Shown piece after piece: positions 8,634-18,580 of a stretch of DNA of 39,464 nt. The notes beneath the pieces are model-generated. The model was not told the origin of the DNA. It was given only the letters and a program-made list of their open reading frames with translations, and did not search any database. The position numbers and the translations under genes are program-made. This DNA comes from Deinococcales bacterium (GTDB lineage: Bacteria > Deinococcota > Deinococci > Deinococcales > JAAFIG01): contig JAYWGM010000020.1 in the NCBI GenBank assembly GCA_043778225.1, positions 1 to 39,464 of the forward strand, written 5' to 3'. The number at the start of each line of letters is the position of its first letter. The stretch's first letter is position 1.

Positions 8634-10202
8634 TTACTTAGAAATCTTCTCGAAACGCACTTGCCCTTGGGCATTGCGAAGGTAGCCTTTGACAGTTGTC
8701 GAAAGCGTGACTGGTACTTTTGGTTGGTACAAAATAGCAAACGGACCTTCTTCAAGGTGAAGTTCGGTCAGTTGCTTATAAAGGGCGGCGCGTTTGGTAC
8801 TGTTGGTCTCGAGCGCGGCTTGTTGTGCCAATTTGCCGGCTGCTGGGCTGTTCCACGCATTGCGCCAAGCTAGGCTTTTTGCACCGTAGTCCGACATTGG
8901 TGTAGCGTTGCCGTCCGGATCCGGAAAGTCCGGCGACCAACCAACAATCACCATTTGGGCTTTCTGGGCGCGGTAAATACCCAAAAGTTCGGATTGGACA
9001 ATTTGTTTAATGTTGGCTTTAAGACCAATTTTACCAAGGTCAGATTGAATTTTAGCCGCTAAGTCGGCGCACGGGACACCCGCCGCACAAGAACCTTGTG
9101 GCACGAGCATTTCAAATTCAAAACCATTAGGTTTGCCAGCGGCTGCCAGTAATCCTTTGGCTTTTTCGACATTAACACTGTACGGGTTACTTGGGTTAAA
9201 ACCAAATAAGCCAGCCGGAATAATCGTTTGCACTTTACGAGCATTACCGCCCGCCAGCACATTGACGATGCTGTCTTGGTCAACTGCCCAACGCACGGCT
9301 TGACGGACTCGAGCATCCTCGAAAACGCTACCCGCACCCGTGTTCATCCCGAGGTACTGCAAGCGCAACGAATCGGCTTTATAGACATTAAATTTGCTAT
9401 CGGTGGCTTTGGCTTTAACCATATCAGGAGTCAGATTTTCGGCAATGTCAATCTCGCCGCTCTCGAGCGCGATTTTTTGGGTGTTGGCTTCTTTCATTTC
9501 ACGCAAAATAATGCGGCTTAGTTTAGGTTTGAGGCTCGAGTTGGGGTTGGCATCCAAAATCACTTGTTGGTTTTGGTCCCAACGGTTCAGGCTGTACGAC
9601 CCCGACCCTGCCGAGTTGCGTTTGAGCCATTCCGAGCCGTAATCGTTGCCGACTGCTTTGGTCTTGACCAAAACGCTATCCACGATACCGCCAATGTTAA
9701 AGGTTAAGAGGTTCAGGAACGCGGCTGGACTGGCGGTTTTTGGCAAAGTCACTTCGACTGTGGATTTACCAAGGGCTTTGGTGCTGCCGATTTTCATGTT
9801 GGCAACTTCATCGAATAAAAATGAACCGTTGCCTTTAAGAGCAATTGCACGGTCAAAGGTATAAACCACATCGGCGGCGGTGACTGGATTGCCCGAAGCA
9901 AATTTTTTATTTGCCAAATTAAAGGTTACTTTCCAACTGCTGCCAGCGTCCTTAACTGTCCAACGCGCCGCGATGCTGGGTTTTAAGGTGCTTAAATCTT
10001 CGCCCTCGAATTTAACAAGGGTTTCGTATAAATTATCGGTGATTAAACCACCTGAAAATTCATAGCTGATGCCGGGGTCTAAGGAAATTAAATCCGAAAA
10101 ATCCCCACCGTAGACTAAGGTACTCGAGCGGGAGTTCTGAGCCACACCGACTGCCAATAAGCCAATGCTAAGTAATGCTGCCGCGCCAATTCGTTTTCGC
10201 AT
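8634..10202 (-). CDS. Peptide ABC substrate-binding protein (family 5), paralog 2
   Basis: Signal peptide MRKRIG..., SLDPG, NLYETLV, KFASGNPVTAADV, WSPDFPDPDGN; AAAGGAGAGG RBS before ATG 10202. Confidence 0.93.
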   Translation of the reverse strand: MRKRIGAAALLSIGLLAVGVAQNSRSSTLVYGGDFSDLISLDPGISYEFSGGLITDNLYETLVKFEGEDLSTLKPSIAARWTVKDAGSSWKVTFNLANKKFASGNPVTAADVVYTFDRAIALKGNGSFLFDEVANMKIGSTKALGKSTVEVTLPKTASPAAFLNLLTFNIGGIVDSVLVKTKAVGNDYGSEWLKRNSAGSGSYSLNRWDQNQQVILDANPNSSLKPKLSRIILREMKEANTQKIALESGEIDIAENLTPDMVKAKATDSKFNVYKADSLRLQYLGMNTGAGSVFEDARVRQAVRWAVDQDSIVNVLAGGNARKVQTIIPAGLFGFNPSNPYSVNVEKAKGLLAAAGKPNGFEFEMLVPQGSCAAGVPCADLAAKIQSDLGKIGLKANIKQIVQSELLGIYRAQKAQMVIVGWSPDFPDPDGNATPMSDYGAKSLAWRNAWNSPAAGKLAQQAALETNSTKRAALYKQLTELHLEEGPFAILYQPKVPVTLSTTVKGYLRNAQGQVRFEKISK

Positions 10203-10292
10203 ACACCTCTCCTTTGTGAATCTGCACCAGTGTACGACATTTGACTTGACGACGGCATGACCCTCGAGTTTTGGCTCAAGGGTCATCAAAAA

Positions 10293-11864
10293 TTACTTGG
10301 AGATTTTTTCAAAACGAATCTGGTTTTGGGCGTTACGCACATAACCTTTGACCACTTTGTTGAGCGTTACCGAAACGGTCGGTTGGTAAAGCACCGCAAA
10401 TGGTCCATCCTCGAGTTGCAGTTCGGTCAGTTGCTTGTATAAGGCGGCACGCTTGGCTGGGTTTGGCTCGAGGGCGGCTTGTTGCGCCAATTTGCCAGCG
10501 CTTGGGTTATTCCAAGAATTGCGCCATGCTAGGCTTTTAGCGCCAAAATCAGACATCGGTGTGGCATTGCCGTCCGGATCTGGAAAATCTGGCGACCAAT
10601 CTACCAAAACCATATTGGCTTTTTGGGCGCGGTAGAGCGGATAAAGTTCGGAATCTACCAGTTGCTTGATGTTGACTTTAATCGCAATTTTCGCCAAGTC
10701 AGACTGAATTTTAGCTGCTAAGTCGGCGCAAGGAATACCCGCCAAGCAAGCCCCTTGTGGGGTCAGCATATCCACTTCAAAGCCAGCTTCTTTGCCAGCC
10801 GCTTTCAGTAAATTCTTGGCTTTCTCGAGGTCGAGGTTGTACGGCGTGGCGGCATTAAAGCCAAATAAACCAGCCGGAATAATCGTTTGCACTTTACGGG
10901 CATTGCCACCTGCAAGGCTTTTAATAATACCGTCTTGGTCAAGCGCATAACGCACCGCTTGGCGGACTCGGGCATCCTTAAATGGACTGGTTTCGGCTGC
11001 GCTCATACCGATGTACTGCAAATTTAAGCTGTCGGCTTTGTAGACATTAAATTTGGCATCAGTGGCTTTGGCTTTAACCATATCGGGCGTTAAGTTGTCG
11101 GCAATATCAATTTCTTCACTCTCGAGGGCGATTTTTTGGGTATTGGCTTCTTTCATCTCGCGCAGGATGACACGGCTAAGTTTTGGCATCAGTCTCGAGT
11201 TTTTATTGGCATCCAAGACAATGCTTTGGTTTTGATCCCAACGGTTAAGGATAAACGGTCCTGAACCTGCCGAATTGCGTTTTAACCATGTTGCCCCAAA
11301 ATCGTTGTTTTCGATTTTGGCTTTAACAATCACACTGTCCACAATCGCACCGATGTTAAAGGTTAAAAGATTCAAAAAAGCGGCTGGGCTGGCGGTTTTT
11401 GGCAGCGTTACTTCGACTGTATTTTTGTTGATGGCTTTGGTGCTACCGACTTTCATGTTAGCAACACTGGTAAACAAAAACGAACCGGGTCCTTTCATCG
11501 CAATGGCGCGGTCAAAGCTGTAGACCACATCTTCGGCAGTCACAGGGTTGCCCGAGGCAAATTTCTGGGTGCGTAAATTAAAAGTCACTTTCCAAGCGTC
11601 GCCCATGTCTTTGGTTGTCCAGCGTATGGCAATGCTCGGTTTGAGGGTGCTTAAATCCGTACCTTCAAATTTGACCAATGTTTCGTACAAGTTGTTGGTG
11701 ACAAGGCTACCAGCATATTCGTAACTCATACCGGGGTCTATTGTAATGAGACCCGAAAAATCCCCGCCGTAAATCAGGGTACTCGAGCGGGAATTCTGGG
11801 CGGTGACTGCCGCCAGTAAACCCGTACCGAGCAGGAAAGCCGCTAACCCCAAACGTTTTTTCAT
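10293..11864 (-). CDS. Peptide ABC substrate-binding protein (family 5), paralog 1
   Basis: Colinear and highly similar to 8634-10202; AAGGAG RBS. Confidence 0.93.
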   Translation of the reverse strand: MKKRLGLAAFLLGTGLLAAVTAQNSRSSTLIYGGDFSGLITIDPGMSYEYAGSLVTNNLYETLVKFEGTDLSTLKPSIAIRWTTKDMGDAWKVTFNLRTQKFASGNPVTAEDVVYSFDRAIAMKGPGSFLFTSVANMKVGSTKAINKNTVEVTLPKTASPAAFLNLLTFNIGAIVDSVIVKAKIENNDFGATWLKRNSAGSGPFILNRWDQNQSIVLDANKNSRLMPKLSRVILREMKEANTQKIALESEEIDIADNLTPDMVKAKATDAKFNVYKADSLNLQYIGMSAAETSPFKDARVRQAVRYALDQDGIIKSLAGGNARKVQTIIPAGLFGFNAATPYNLDLEKAKNLLKAAGKEAGFEVDMLTPQGACLAGIPCADLAAKIQSDLAKIAIKVNIKQLVDSELYPLYRAQKANMVLVDWSPDFPDPDGNATPMSDFGAKSLAWRNSWNNPSAGKLAQQAALEPNPAKRAALYKQLTELQLEDGPFAVLYQPTVSVTLNKVVKGYVRNAQNQIRFEKISK

Positions 11865-11921
11865 GTCTTCTCCTTAAATACCGACTCGAGCCGTGATGTT
11901 GCTGACGGCTGTTCTTGTGTT

Positions 11922-11972
11922 TAGCAATTTATCTTGCTAGATTATCTTAACAGTTTGCAAGAATTTTTGCAA
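11922..11972. promoter_or_regulatory. Pair of palindromic operator candidates (probably RpiR sites)
   Basis: TAGCAA-N6-TTGCTA (11922-11939) and TTGCAA-N6-TTGCAA (11955-11972), 33 bp apart, in the divergent SBP/RpiR promoter region. Confidence 0.55.
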
Positions 11973-12026
11973 GTTCTCAAAGCTGCCCATTTGTTTTAGA
12001 ATGCGCCTCTCGAGATTGGATAAATT

Positions 12027-12836
12027 ATGAACCTGCGCGAACGCATAGACCACAACATCGCTGATTTTTCGCCTTCCGAGACGCAAATTGCGGCGTACCT
12101 GTTGGCGCATCTCGAGGCTGCTCCACTTTTAACAGGGGCAGAACTGGCTGCTCAACTCGAAATCAGTGCCTCGAGCATTACCCGTTTTGCCCAGCGCCTA
12201 GGCTTTGAAGGCTACCCAGATTTACGCCGCGAACTGCGTCGCCAATGGCGCGAGCAACAAGCCCCAGATGTTCCTAAAACCAAAGAAGGGGTTTTTGCTG
12301 CTTACTGGACACGCGAAAAACAGAATCTCGAGGAACTCAGCCGAGTTTCCGAGACCTTACTCGAGCGAGTCTGCGAAACACTGGCAGCCGCCAAACAGCT
12401 TTGGGTTTTAGGCTCGCGCTCCAATTTTGGACACGCCGTTCTGACCCACGAATTATTGCTGGGGGTGCGCCAAGGGGTGCGCCTGCTCGAGTCCAAAACA
12501 ATCATCAGCCCAGAAACCCTGCTCGAGGTTAGCCCAGAGGACATTGTTTTAATTTTTGCCACCCGCCGTTATGCCCGAGCCACCACACAAATCGGGCTGA
12601 CTCTAAAAACCAAAGGCGCAAAAATAATTTTAATCACCGACAACGGCGATTCGCCACTTGTACCTCATGCCACTCAGGTTATTCGTGTTCCGACCCAAGC
12701 CATTAACCAATACGGCGCAACTGGTTTAATCTCGAGCCTCGCCCATTTATTGGTCATCGGCACAGCCCAACGCACCGACTCTACCCGCCGCAAGCAGTTA
12801 GAACAGTTACTCGAGGAATTGAGTGTTTTTGAGTAA
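12027..12836 (+). CDS. RpiR/MurR-family transcriptional regulator (HTH + SIS)
   Basis: SETQIAAY...ELA...SASSITRFAQRLGFEGY HTH; SIS segment IILITDNGDSPL. Confidence 0.92.
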   Translation: MNLRERIDHNIADFSPSETQIAAYLLAHLEAAPLLTGAELAAQLEISASSITRFAQRLGFEGYPDLRRELRRQWREQQAPDVPKTKEGVFAAYWTREKQNLEELSRVSETLLERVCETLAAAKQLWVLGSRSNFGHAVLTHELLLGVRQGVRLLESKTIISPETLLEVSPEDIVLIFATRRYARATTQIGLTLKTKGAKIILITDNGDSPLVPHATQVIRVPTQAINQYGATGLISSLAHLLVIGTAQRTDSTRRKQLEQLLEELSVFE

Positions 12837-12860
12837 AGCAAGTAAAGCACTTAGGTAGAA

Positions 12861-12943
12861 GGGAGAAAAGGTAAAAAGGTAAAAAGGTAAAATGAAAACC
12901 ACCCAACTTTTAACCCTTTGACCTTTTAACCTTGCCCTTCCCT
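12861..12943. repeat. Intergenic AAAGGT-type short tandem repeats with an inverted partner
   Basis: AAAAGGTA-type units at about 12866-12892 and complementary CTTTTAACC/CTTTGACC units at about 12907-12943. Confidence 0.7.
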
Positions 12944-12954
12944 TAGGAGTCTTC

Positions 12955-14061
12955 ATGAAACTCGAGCAAGTTCAAATCCGCGTAGTCAGTCTGCCTTTAC
13001 TTCATCCTTTTGAATTTTCCAATGCGGTCATTACCAATAAGGTTTTTCCGCTTTTAACGCTCTGTGCCGACGGTATTGAAGGCTATAGCGAAGGTGTGAT
13101 GGACATGACCCCCGAGTACCGCGAAGAAACAATTGTTGGCGCACTGGGTTTTTTGCGCGATACACTTTTGCCACAAGTCTTGGGGCGCGATTTTGCCAAT
13201 CCACAAGCGCTTTGGGACGAAATGCGAATTTGGCGTGGAAACCGCATGGCAAAAGCAATGCTCGAGATGGCATTTTGGGATTGCTGGGCAAAATCCTTGG
13301 GTTTACCGCTTTGGGTGTTGTTGGGTGGCAATAAACAAGCGGTTGAAGTTGGTGTCAGTCTAGGTATTGGCAGTATTCCAAGCACCCTCGAGCAAACCAA
13401 TACAGCCCTCGAGCAAGGGTACAAGCGGGTCAAACTCAAAATTAAGCCTAATCATGACCTTAAAGTTGTCCGAGCCGTCCGTCAAGCCTTCCCAGAAGCC
13501 CACCTGACCGTGGATGCCAACAGCGCCTATACGTTATCCGACCTTGGGACACTGCGCCAACTCGATGCTTACGGCTTAGATTACCTCGAGCAACCTCTGG
13601 CTTTTGACGACTTACTCGATCATATAATGGTACAAAAAGAACTAAAAACCCCGATTTGTTTAGATGAAAGTATTCTTTCGCCAGAAGACACCCGCAAAGC
13701 CCTGCAAATTGGGGCTGCCCAAGTGATTAACATCAAAGTTGGGCGGGTTGGTGGGCATCTCGAGGCGCGGCGGGTTCACGATGTGGCTGCTTCATTCGGA
13801 GCGCCGGTTTGGTGTGGCGGAATGCACGAAAGCGGGATTGGCAGAGCGCATAACATTCATTTGTCTACGCTGCCCAATTTTACCAAGCCGGGCGACACCT
13901 CGAGCGCCAGTCGGTATTTTGAAGCCGACATCACCGAGCAGCAACTCGAGGCAAAAGACGGCTTGATGCCTGTGCCGACGGGTATTGGCATTGGTGTGAC
14001 ACTGGACAAAAAACGGCTGGCGGCAGTCAGCAGCCAACTCGAGACGATTAAAACAACCTAG
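12955..14061 (+). CDS. N-succinylamino acid racemase / o-succinylbenzoate synthase (enolase superfamily, NSAR/OSBS subfamily)
   Basis: KLKI catalytic motif, metal ligands VDANSAY / EQPL / [23 protein letters not shown]. Confidence 0.88.
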   Translation: MKLEQVQIRVVSLPLLHPFEFSNAVITNKVFPLLTLCADGIEGYSEGVMDMTPEYREETIVGALGFLRDTLLPQVLGRDFANPQALWDEMRIWRGNRMAKAMLEMAFWDCWAKSLGLPLWVLLGGNKQAVEVGVSLGIGSIPSTLEQTNTALEQGYKRVKLKIKPNHDLKVVRAVRQAFPEAHLTVDANSAYTLSDLGTLRQLDAYGLDYLEQPLAFDDLLDHIMVQKELKTPICLDESILSPEDTRKALQIGAAQVINIKVGRVGGHLEARRVHDVAASFGAPVWCGGMHESGIGRAHNIHLSTLPNFTKPGDTSSASRYFEADITEQQLEAKDGLMPVPTGIGIGVTLDKKRLAAVSSQLETIKTT

Positions 14062-14470
14062 AACGCATCGGGTGATTTGGCGCATACTCGAGTAAATCCC
14101 AAAGGTTGCCGTACAAATCCTTAAAAACCGCGACTGTGCCGTACTCTAAGGTTTTTGGTTCTCGAGTAAATTCCACACCTTTTTCGAGCATGGCGTTGTA
14201 ATCGCGCCAGAAATTATCGGTGGCTAAAAACAAAAAAACTCGCCCACCTGCTTGGTTTCCAATAAAGGCTGCTTGCTCGGGCGTGGAGGCTCGAGCCAGT
14301 AAAATGGTTGTGCCACCCAAGTTGGCTGGCGCAATCACCACCCAGCGTTTATCCTGCTCGGGCTGGTAGGTATCCTCGAGCAACACAAAACCGAGTTTTT
14401 GGGTGTAAAACGCAATCGCCTGGTCGTAATCTTTAACCACCAAAGCAATATGGGCAAGGGCTTGCTGCAT
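14048..14470 (-). CDS. VOC/glyoxalase family protein
   Basis: [16 protein letters not shown]...[16 protein letters not shown]; start ATG 14470 with TATTCT 5 nt upstream. Confidence 0.88.
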   Translation of the reverse strand: MQQALAHIALVVKDYDQAIAFYTQKLGFVLLEDTYQPEQDKRWVVIAPANLGGTTILLARASTPEQAAFIGNQAGGRVFLFLATDNFWRDYNAMLEKGVEFTREPKTLEYGTVAVFKDLYGNLWDLLEYAPNHPMRSRLF

Positions 14471-14556
14471 GAACCAGAATACCTCAGATATTGACTTTAC
14501 CCAACTTGAGTCTAAAATACGAGCCAGCATTTCGCTTTCTTTTGCTTGGAGGATAC

Positions 14557-14844
14557 ATGGAAACCGTGCGCGTTTCGGGTCAATCAAAACCAAATTCGGT
14601 GGCTGGGGCTATCGCGGCATTGTTGCGTTTACATGGCGAAGTCGAAGTCCAAGCGATTGGTGCAGTGGCGGTTAATCAGGCGGTTAAAGCAATTGCCATT
14701 ACCCGCAGTTATTTAAGTGTGGATAACATGGATTTATTTTGTGTCCCTGCTTTTGTTAAACTCGAGTTGGGTTCGGAGGAGCGCACAGCCCTCAAATTTA
14801 TTTGTAAATCCCATACGCTGGCTGTGCCAGAAACTTTTTTATGA
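14557..14844 (+). CDS. spoVS: SpoVS-family protein
   Basis: METVRVSGQSKPNSVAGAIA...AIGAVAVNQAVKAIAITR...PAF; GGAGG RBS. Confidence 0.92.
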   Translation: METVRVSGQSKPNSVAGAIAALLRLHGEVEVQAIGAVAVNQAVKAIAITRSYLSVDNMDLFCVPAFVKLELGSEERTALKFICKSHTLAVPETFL

Positions 14845-15668
14845 TTCTTGGACTAGATTTTGGCATGACCAACCTCGATGGGGTGCTGCTCGAGGACGGA
14901 GTTCTCAAGCGCGGCTGGCGTATGGACTGCACTGGCGCAAGCCTCGATTCAACCCGAGCCGCCTTGGGCATGGGTGGCGTAAAACTCGAGGAAGTTCAGG
15001 CGATTGGCACAACCGGCGGACGACACAAAGAATTACCCAACAGCTATAAAAACATTCGCTTGGTTAAAGTCAGCGAAGCCGATGCCGTTGGACGTGGCGG
15101 CTTACAGATGGCGGGTCTTGAGGAGGCGCTGGTCGTTTCGGCTGGTACTGGCACAGCCATGATTGCGGCTCGAGGCAAAATCTGTCGGCACGTGACTGGA
15201 AGTGCTGTTGGTGGTGGGACACTGCTTGGTTTAGCTAAACTCTGCCTTGGTACTGCCGACCCACTCGAGATTGCTGCTTTGGCATCAGCTGGCGACCCAG
15301 CCCATGTGGACGGCACACTGGCAGATGTGATTGGTGGTGGCATTGGCAGTTTACCCGCCGACGCGACAGCCGTTAATCTTGGGCGGATTGTGCGGCTTTC
15401 GGCTGCCCCCAGCCGCGAGGACTTGGCGGCGGGTTTGGTGACACTGGTCTCGCAAGTGATTGCAGTGATTGCCCTCAACGCCGCCAAAGCTAATCAACTC
15501 GAGCAAATAGTGATTGTTGGGCATTTGCCCGATTTAATGCCGATTCAAACTGCAATTCGGCGCGTCTGGGGTTTTTACGGGGTTGCCACGCCAGCCATTA
15601 TTCCGACTGACCGAGGTTTTGCAACCGCCCTTGGGGCTGCACTGGTGGCTCGAGACGCGCTACAATGA
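14841..15668 (+). CDS. Type II (fumble/CoaW-like) pantothenate kinase
   Basis: GLDFGMT, TTGG, SEADAVGRG, VSAGTGT, TGSAVGGGTLLGL (ASKHA fold). Confidence 0.78.
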   Translation: MILGLDFGMTNLDGVLLEDGVLKRGWRMDCTGASLDSTRAALGMGGVKLEEVQAIGTTGGRHKELPNSYKNIRLVKVSEADAVGRGGLQMAGLEEALVVSAGTGTAMIAARGKICRHVTGSAVGGGTLLGLAKLCLGTADPLEIAALASAGDPAHVDGTLADVIGGGIGSLPADATAVNLGRIVRLSAAPSREDLAAGLVTLVSQVIAVIALNAAKANQLEQIVIVGHLPDLMPIQTAIRRVWGFYGVATPAIIPTDRGFATALGAALVARDALQ

Positions 15669-16447
15669 CGGCGATGAAACCATTACTTGCCCTAAATTGG
15701 AAACTGCAAAAAGGTCCTGCCGAAAGTTACGCTTGGGGACGATCGCTGCTCGAGCAACTGCCCGAAGAAATGCCAGCCGAATTGGTGGTGGTGGCTGCCA
15801 GTGTCAGCTTAGACCGACTTGGCAATGCGCTGCGTGGCTCAGAAGTGCGTTTGGGCGCTCAGGATGTCTCGAGCCAAACCAAGGGCGCGTACACTGGCGA
15901 AGTAGCCGTGCAATGGCTGAACGAACTCGACTGTACTTATGTGGTCATCGGACATTCAGAACGCCGTCAGTACCACGGGGAAACCGACACGATGGCTGGT
16001 GAGAAAACGGCTGTCGCCATTCGCGGCGGAGTCAAACCTATTTTATGTGTCGGCGAAAAACTCGAGACCCGCGAAGCTGGTGATGCCGAAAAGTACACGT
16101 TGTCTCAACTCGAGACCGCGCTGGTATGGCTGACCCCAGAACTGGTACAAACCGAATTTGGCAATAGCCTCGAGTGGCTGACTGTGGCTTACGAACCGAT
16201 TTGGGCAATTGGCACAGGAAAAACCGCCACCCCAGACGATGCCGAGAACATGGGCAATGCCATGCGGATTTGGTTCGTCGGTAAGTACGGCGAAATCGCT
16301 AATCAGATGCGCTTATTGTACGGCGGCAGTGTCAAACCAGACAACATCAAGGTTCTGTGCAGCCGTAACAATGTTGATGGTGCATTGGTTGGTGGCGCAA
16401 GTCTTGAGTTGGACAGCGTTTTGAAGATGCTCGAAGCCCTTAAATAA
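15665..16447 (+). CDS. tpiA: Triosephosphate isomerase
   Basis: NWK, GAYTGEV, IGHSERR, AYEPIWAIGTG, LYGGSV, GALVGGASL. Confidence 0.98.
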   Translation: MTAMKPLLALNWKLQKGPAESYAWGRSLLEQLPEEMPAELVVVAASVSLDRLGNALRGSEVRLGAQDVSSQTKGAYTGEVAVQWLNELDCTYVVIGHSERRQYHGETDTMAGEKTAVAIRGGVKPILCVGEKLETREAGDAEKYTLSQLETALVWLTPELVQTEFGNSLEWLTVAYEPIWAIGTGKTATPDDAENMGNAMRIWFVGKYGEIANQMRLLYGGSVKPDNIKVLCSRNNVDGALVGGASLELDSVLKMLEALK

Positions 16448-16448
16448 T

Positions 16449-16799
16449 TTATTTGGCTCGAGGAAAAGCCGTACCCGAGATAATAATCTCATCGCGGGTA
16501 CGGTTGATTTGGATTTGCAACTCACGGTCATCTGTGCCAAATGTGCCGCTCTGTTCAAAAAACCGAATTTTAAGCAAGTCGTTGTTGTCCTCGAGAATTC
16601 GGTAGCGCCCTTGCTGGGTTAATTCAGGATAGCCAGTCTGCAAAAATGTGCCATTGGCACGAAATTCCCAACGCACAAACGAAGTAAAACCAGAAGCAAT
16701 TCGCTCAGAGCGCAACCAAGCACCAAGCAAAAAATCTTGGGATGAAACGGTTGGCACACAAGCCACCAAACTCGAGAGCAGCACCAGCCAACGCATCAT
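16449..16799 (-). CDS. Hypothetical lipoprotein
   Basis: Lipobox-like LVAC after a short hydrophobic signal; ATGA overlap with the upstream gene. Confidence 0.6.
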   Translation of the reverse strand: MMRWLVLLSSLVACVPTVSSQDFLLGAWLRSERIASGFTSFVRWEFRANGTFLQTGYPELTQQGRYRILEDNNDLLKIRFFEQSGTFGTDDRELQIQINRTRDEIIISGTAFPRAK

Positions 16800-17728
16800 G
16801 AACCGCCGCGCAGTAACTTGGTGTATTCGTCGAGCAAAAGAGGTTCTGAAATCGGACCCGCAATTAAGCGGTCTGGTCGTAAGTCATAACGAAAGAGTTT
16901 GGGGATGCTGCTTTTTTTCAGTAAGCCCATAATCTGTGTTTTACGTGCCTCTGGCACAACGGCGCTCATAATCACCAAACCGATATTGGCGCGTTGCAAC
17001 GACAACGACTCGAGCGAAACCTTATCGAGGCTCGAGTCGCGGTTGACTCCAACCACTTCAAAGCCCAAAGAAATCATCTGCCTGCCTGTATCCGAAGCGT
17101 TGCCACCACGGTAAACCGATTCGGTGGTCACAAAAAAGATATTCATGCGCTTACCTTTTGCCACCACATCCTGCAACAGGGCTTTATTGACCGTGGCGGT
17201 GCGCCCAAGATTTTTCTTGACTTCGGCGGCTCGAGTCAGCCGCCCAGTTGCCAATGCCACCGCATCCATCGCACGCTCCGAAGACCCAGCAATCGAAAAG
17301 TTAAACTCGAGGGTTGGCGCAACGACCCCAAGTTTTTTGTTGAGTTCATCAAAACGCACATCCGAAACAATTAAATCTGGCTTTAAGGCTTCGATTGCCT
17401 CGAGCGACGGATTGCTGGGCGAGCCAACCAAGACCGGCATGGTTTTAATCAGTTTAGCATAGGCTGGAATGCTGCTGATGGGCTTACCAAGCTCAGAATT
17501 TTCTGGGATATACGGCGCACTGCTACCGTAACCGACTGGCTGCAAGCCCAAAACCAGAGCCACCTCGAGCGTGATTGCCCCAAGCACAACAATTCTTTGC
17601 GGACGTTGAGCAATCTGAACTTCGCCGCCTTCATGTTTAACCACCACAGGATAAGTTGTGGTCTGTGCAATTGCACCAACCAAGAGTAAGCCCGAAAAAA
17701 GTATGGCAGCTTGCTTAAATTGCTTCAT
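16796..17728 (-). CDS. Iron-siderophore/metal-chelate ABC substrate-binding protein (orphan)
   Basis: YPVVVKHEGG...PQRIVVLG...LGLQPVG, PSLEAIEALKPDLIV, VAPT. Confidence 0.85.
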   Translation of the reverse strand: MKQFKQAAILFSGLLLVGAIAQTTTYPVVVKHEGGEVQIAQRPQRIVVLGAITLEVALVLGLQPVGYGSSAPYIPENSELGKPISSIPAYAKLIKTMPVLVGSPSNPSLEAIEALKPDLIVSDVRFDELNKKLGVVAPTLEFNFSIAGSSERAMDAVALATGRLTRAAEVKKNLGRTATVNKALLQDVVAKGKRMNIFFVTTESVYRGGNASDTGRQMISLGFEVVGVNRDSSLDKVSLESLSLQRANIGLVIMSAVVPEARKTQIMGLLKKSSIPKLFRYDLRPDRLIAGPISEPLLLDEYTKLLRGGS

Positions 17729-17751
17729 GCAAATAGCTTAACGGGAAAACA

Positions 17752-17843
17752 GGCAAAGGTCAAAAGCAAGGTTAAAAGTAGAAAAGGTCAAAAGGGTAAA
17801 AGTAAGAGCGCCCCTCACTTTTTACCCTTTTGACCTTTTTACC
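17752..17843. repeat. AAAGGT(C/A)-type repeats forming a long hairpin
   Basis: AAAAGGTCAAAAGGGTAAAA pairs with TTTTACCCTTTTGACCTTTT, with further upstream units. Confidence 0.75.
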
Positions 17844-18519
17844 TCTCCTCTATCAGCCAACGCGGTGGCTTGAGCTTATTGAACGTAACCTCGAGACCGG
17901 GTTGCAAAGTGAGCGCCAATGCCTGATGCTCGAGTTCTGTGCCGTGCGGCAAGTACAATTCTGAGAGCGCATAGACAATCGTGTCAAACCACTCGAGTCC
18001 TTTGCCATGGACTTTATCGCCAAATTGGCGCAGTGTGCCATCGAAGGCGGGTGAGATATGAAAAAGTTCGTGAACCAGTGTCTCGAGGCGATCGCGTGGG
18101 CTTAAACCCCAAAAACGTTCCCACGCAAACGCCACAATGTATTTGGCTTTTTTGCCGTGTTCGGTGGTGACACTTTCTAAGCGGTACGAATAACGCCCGC
18201 GTTTACGAATGCCACTTGGCAACGGGTAACACCGCGCAAAGGTCAAAATTCGTTTGGCGTGCCTCGAGTAAAAGACCGCAAAATGCACCCGCTCGAGGTC
18301 AATGTGACCAAGCTCTGGCACTTTTGCCACGATGTCCTCGGCGGCGACACGCAAGCCAGCCGTTAAATCAACGACTTGCCCAGCCACATTTAAGGCTCGG
18401 GCTGAGTAACGACCAGATTGGCTACTGGCGCTGAACCTCGGTGGCGCAGGGTCTCCGAACATCTGTTTACGATACTCGAGTTTGGTCATGGCTGGATGTG
18501 TCTGGGAATCTGGTTTCAT
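17839..18519 (-). CDS. Putative zinc metallopeptidase (HExxH; phage-metallopeptidase/SprT-like)
   Basis: LETLVHELFHI plus a downstream His; ELGHIDLERV N-terminal segment. Confidence 0.6.
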   Translation of the reverse strand: MKPDSQTHPAMTKLEYRKQMFGDPAPPRFSASSQSGRYSARALNVAGQVVDLTAGLRVAAEDIVAKVPELGHIDLERVHFAVFYSRHAKRILTFARCYPLPSGIRKRGRYSYRLESVTTEHGKKAKYIVAFAWERFWGLSPRDRLETLVHELFHISPAFDGTLRQFGDKVHGKGLEWFDTIVYALSELYLPHGTELEHQALALTLQPGLEVTFNKLKPPRWLIEER

Positions 18520-18580
18520 GCTGAGCAGAATTATACGCTAAAAATCGGTTTTAAGCAGATAAGCATTTTGCCGTATTGAC

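Noticed and set aside
12955..14061. Calling this gene menC (menaquinone pathway)
   Set aside because: No men genes nearby; context and motifs fit the NSAR subfamily, so no symbol was given.
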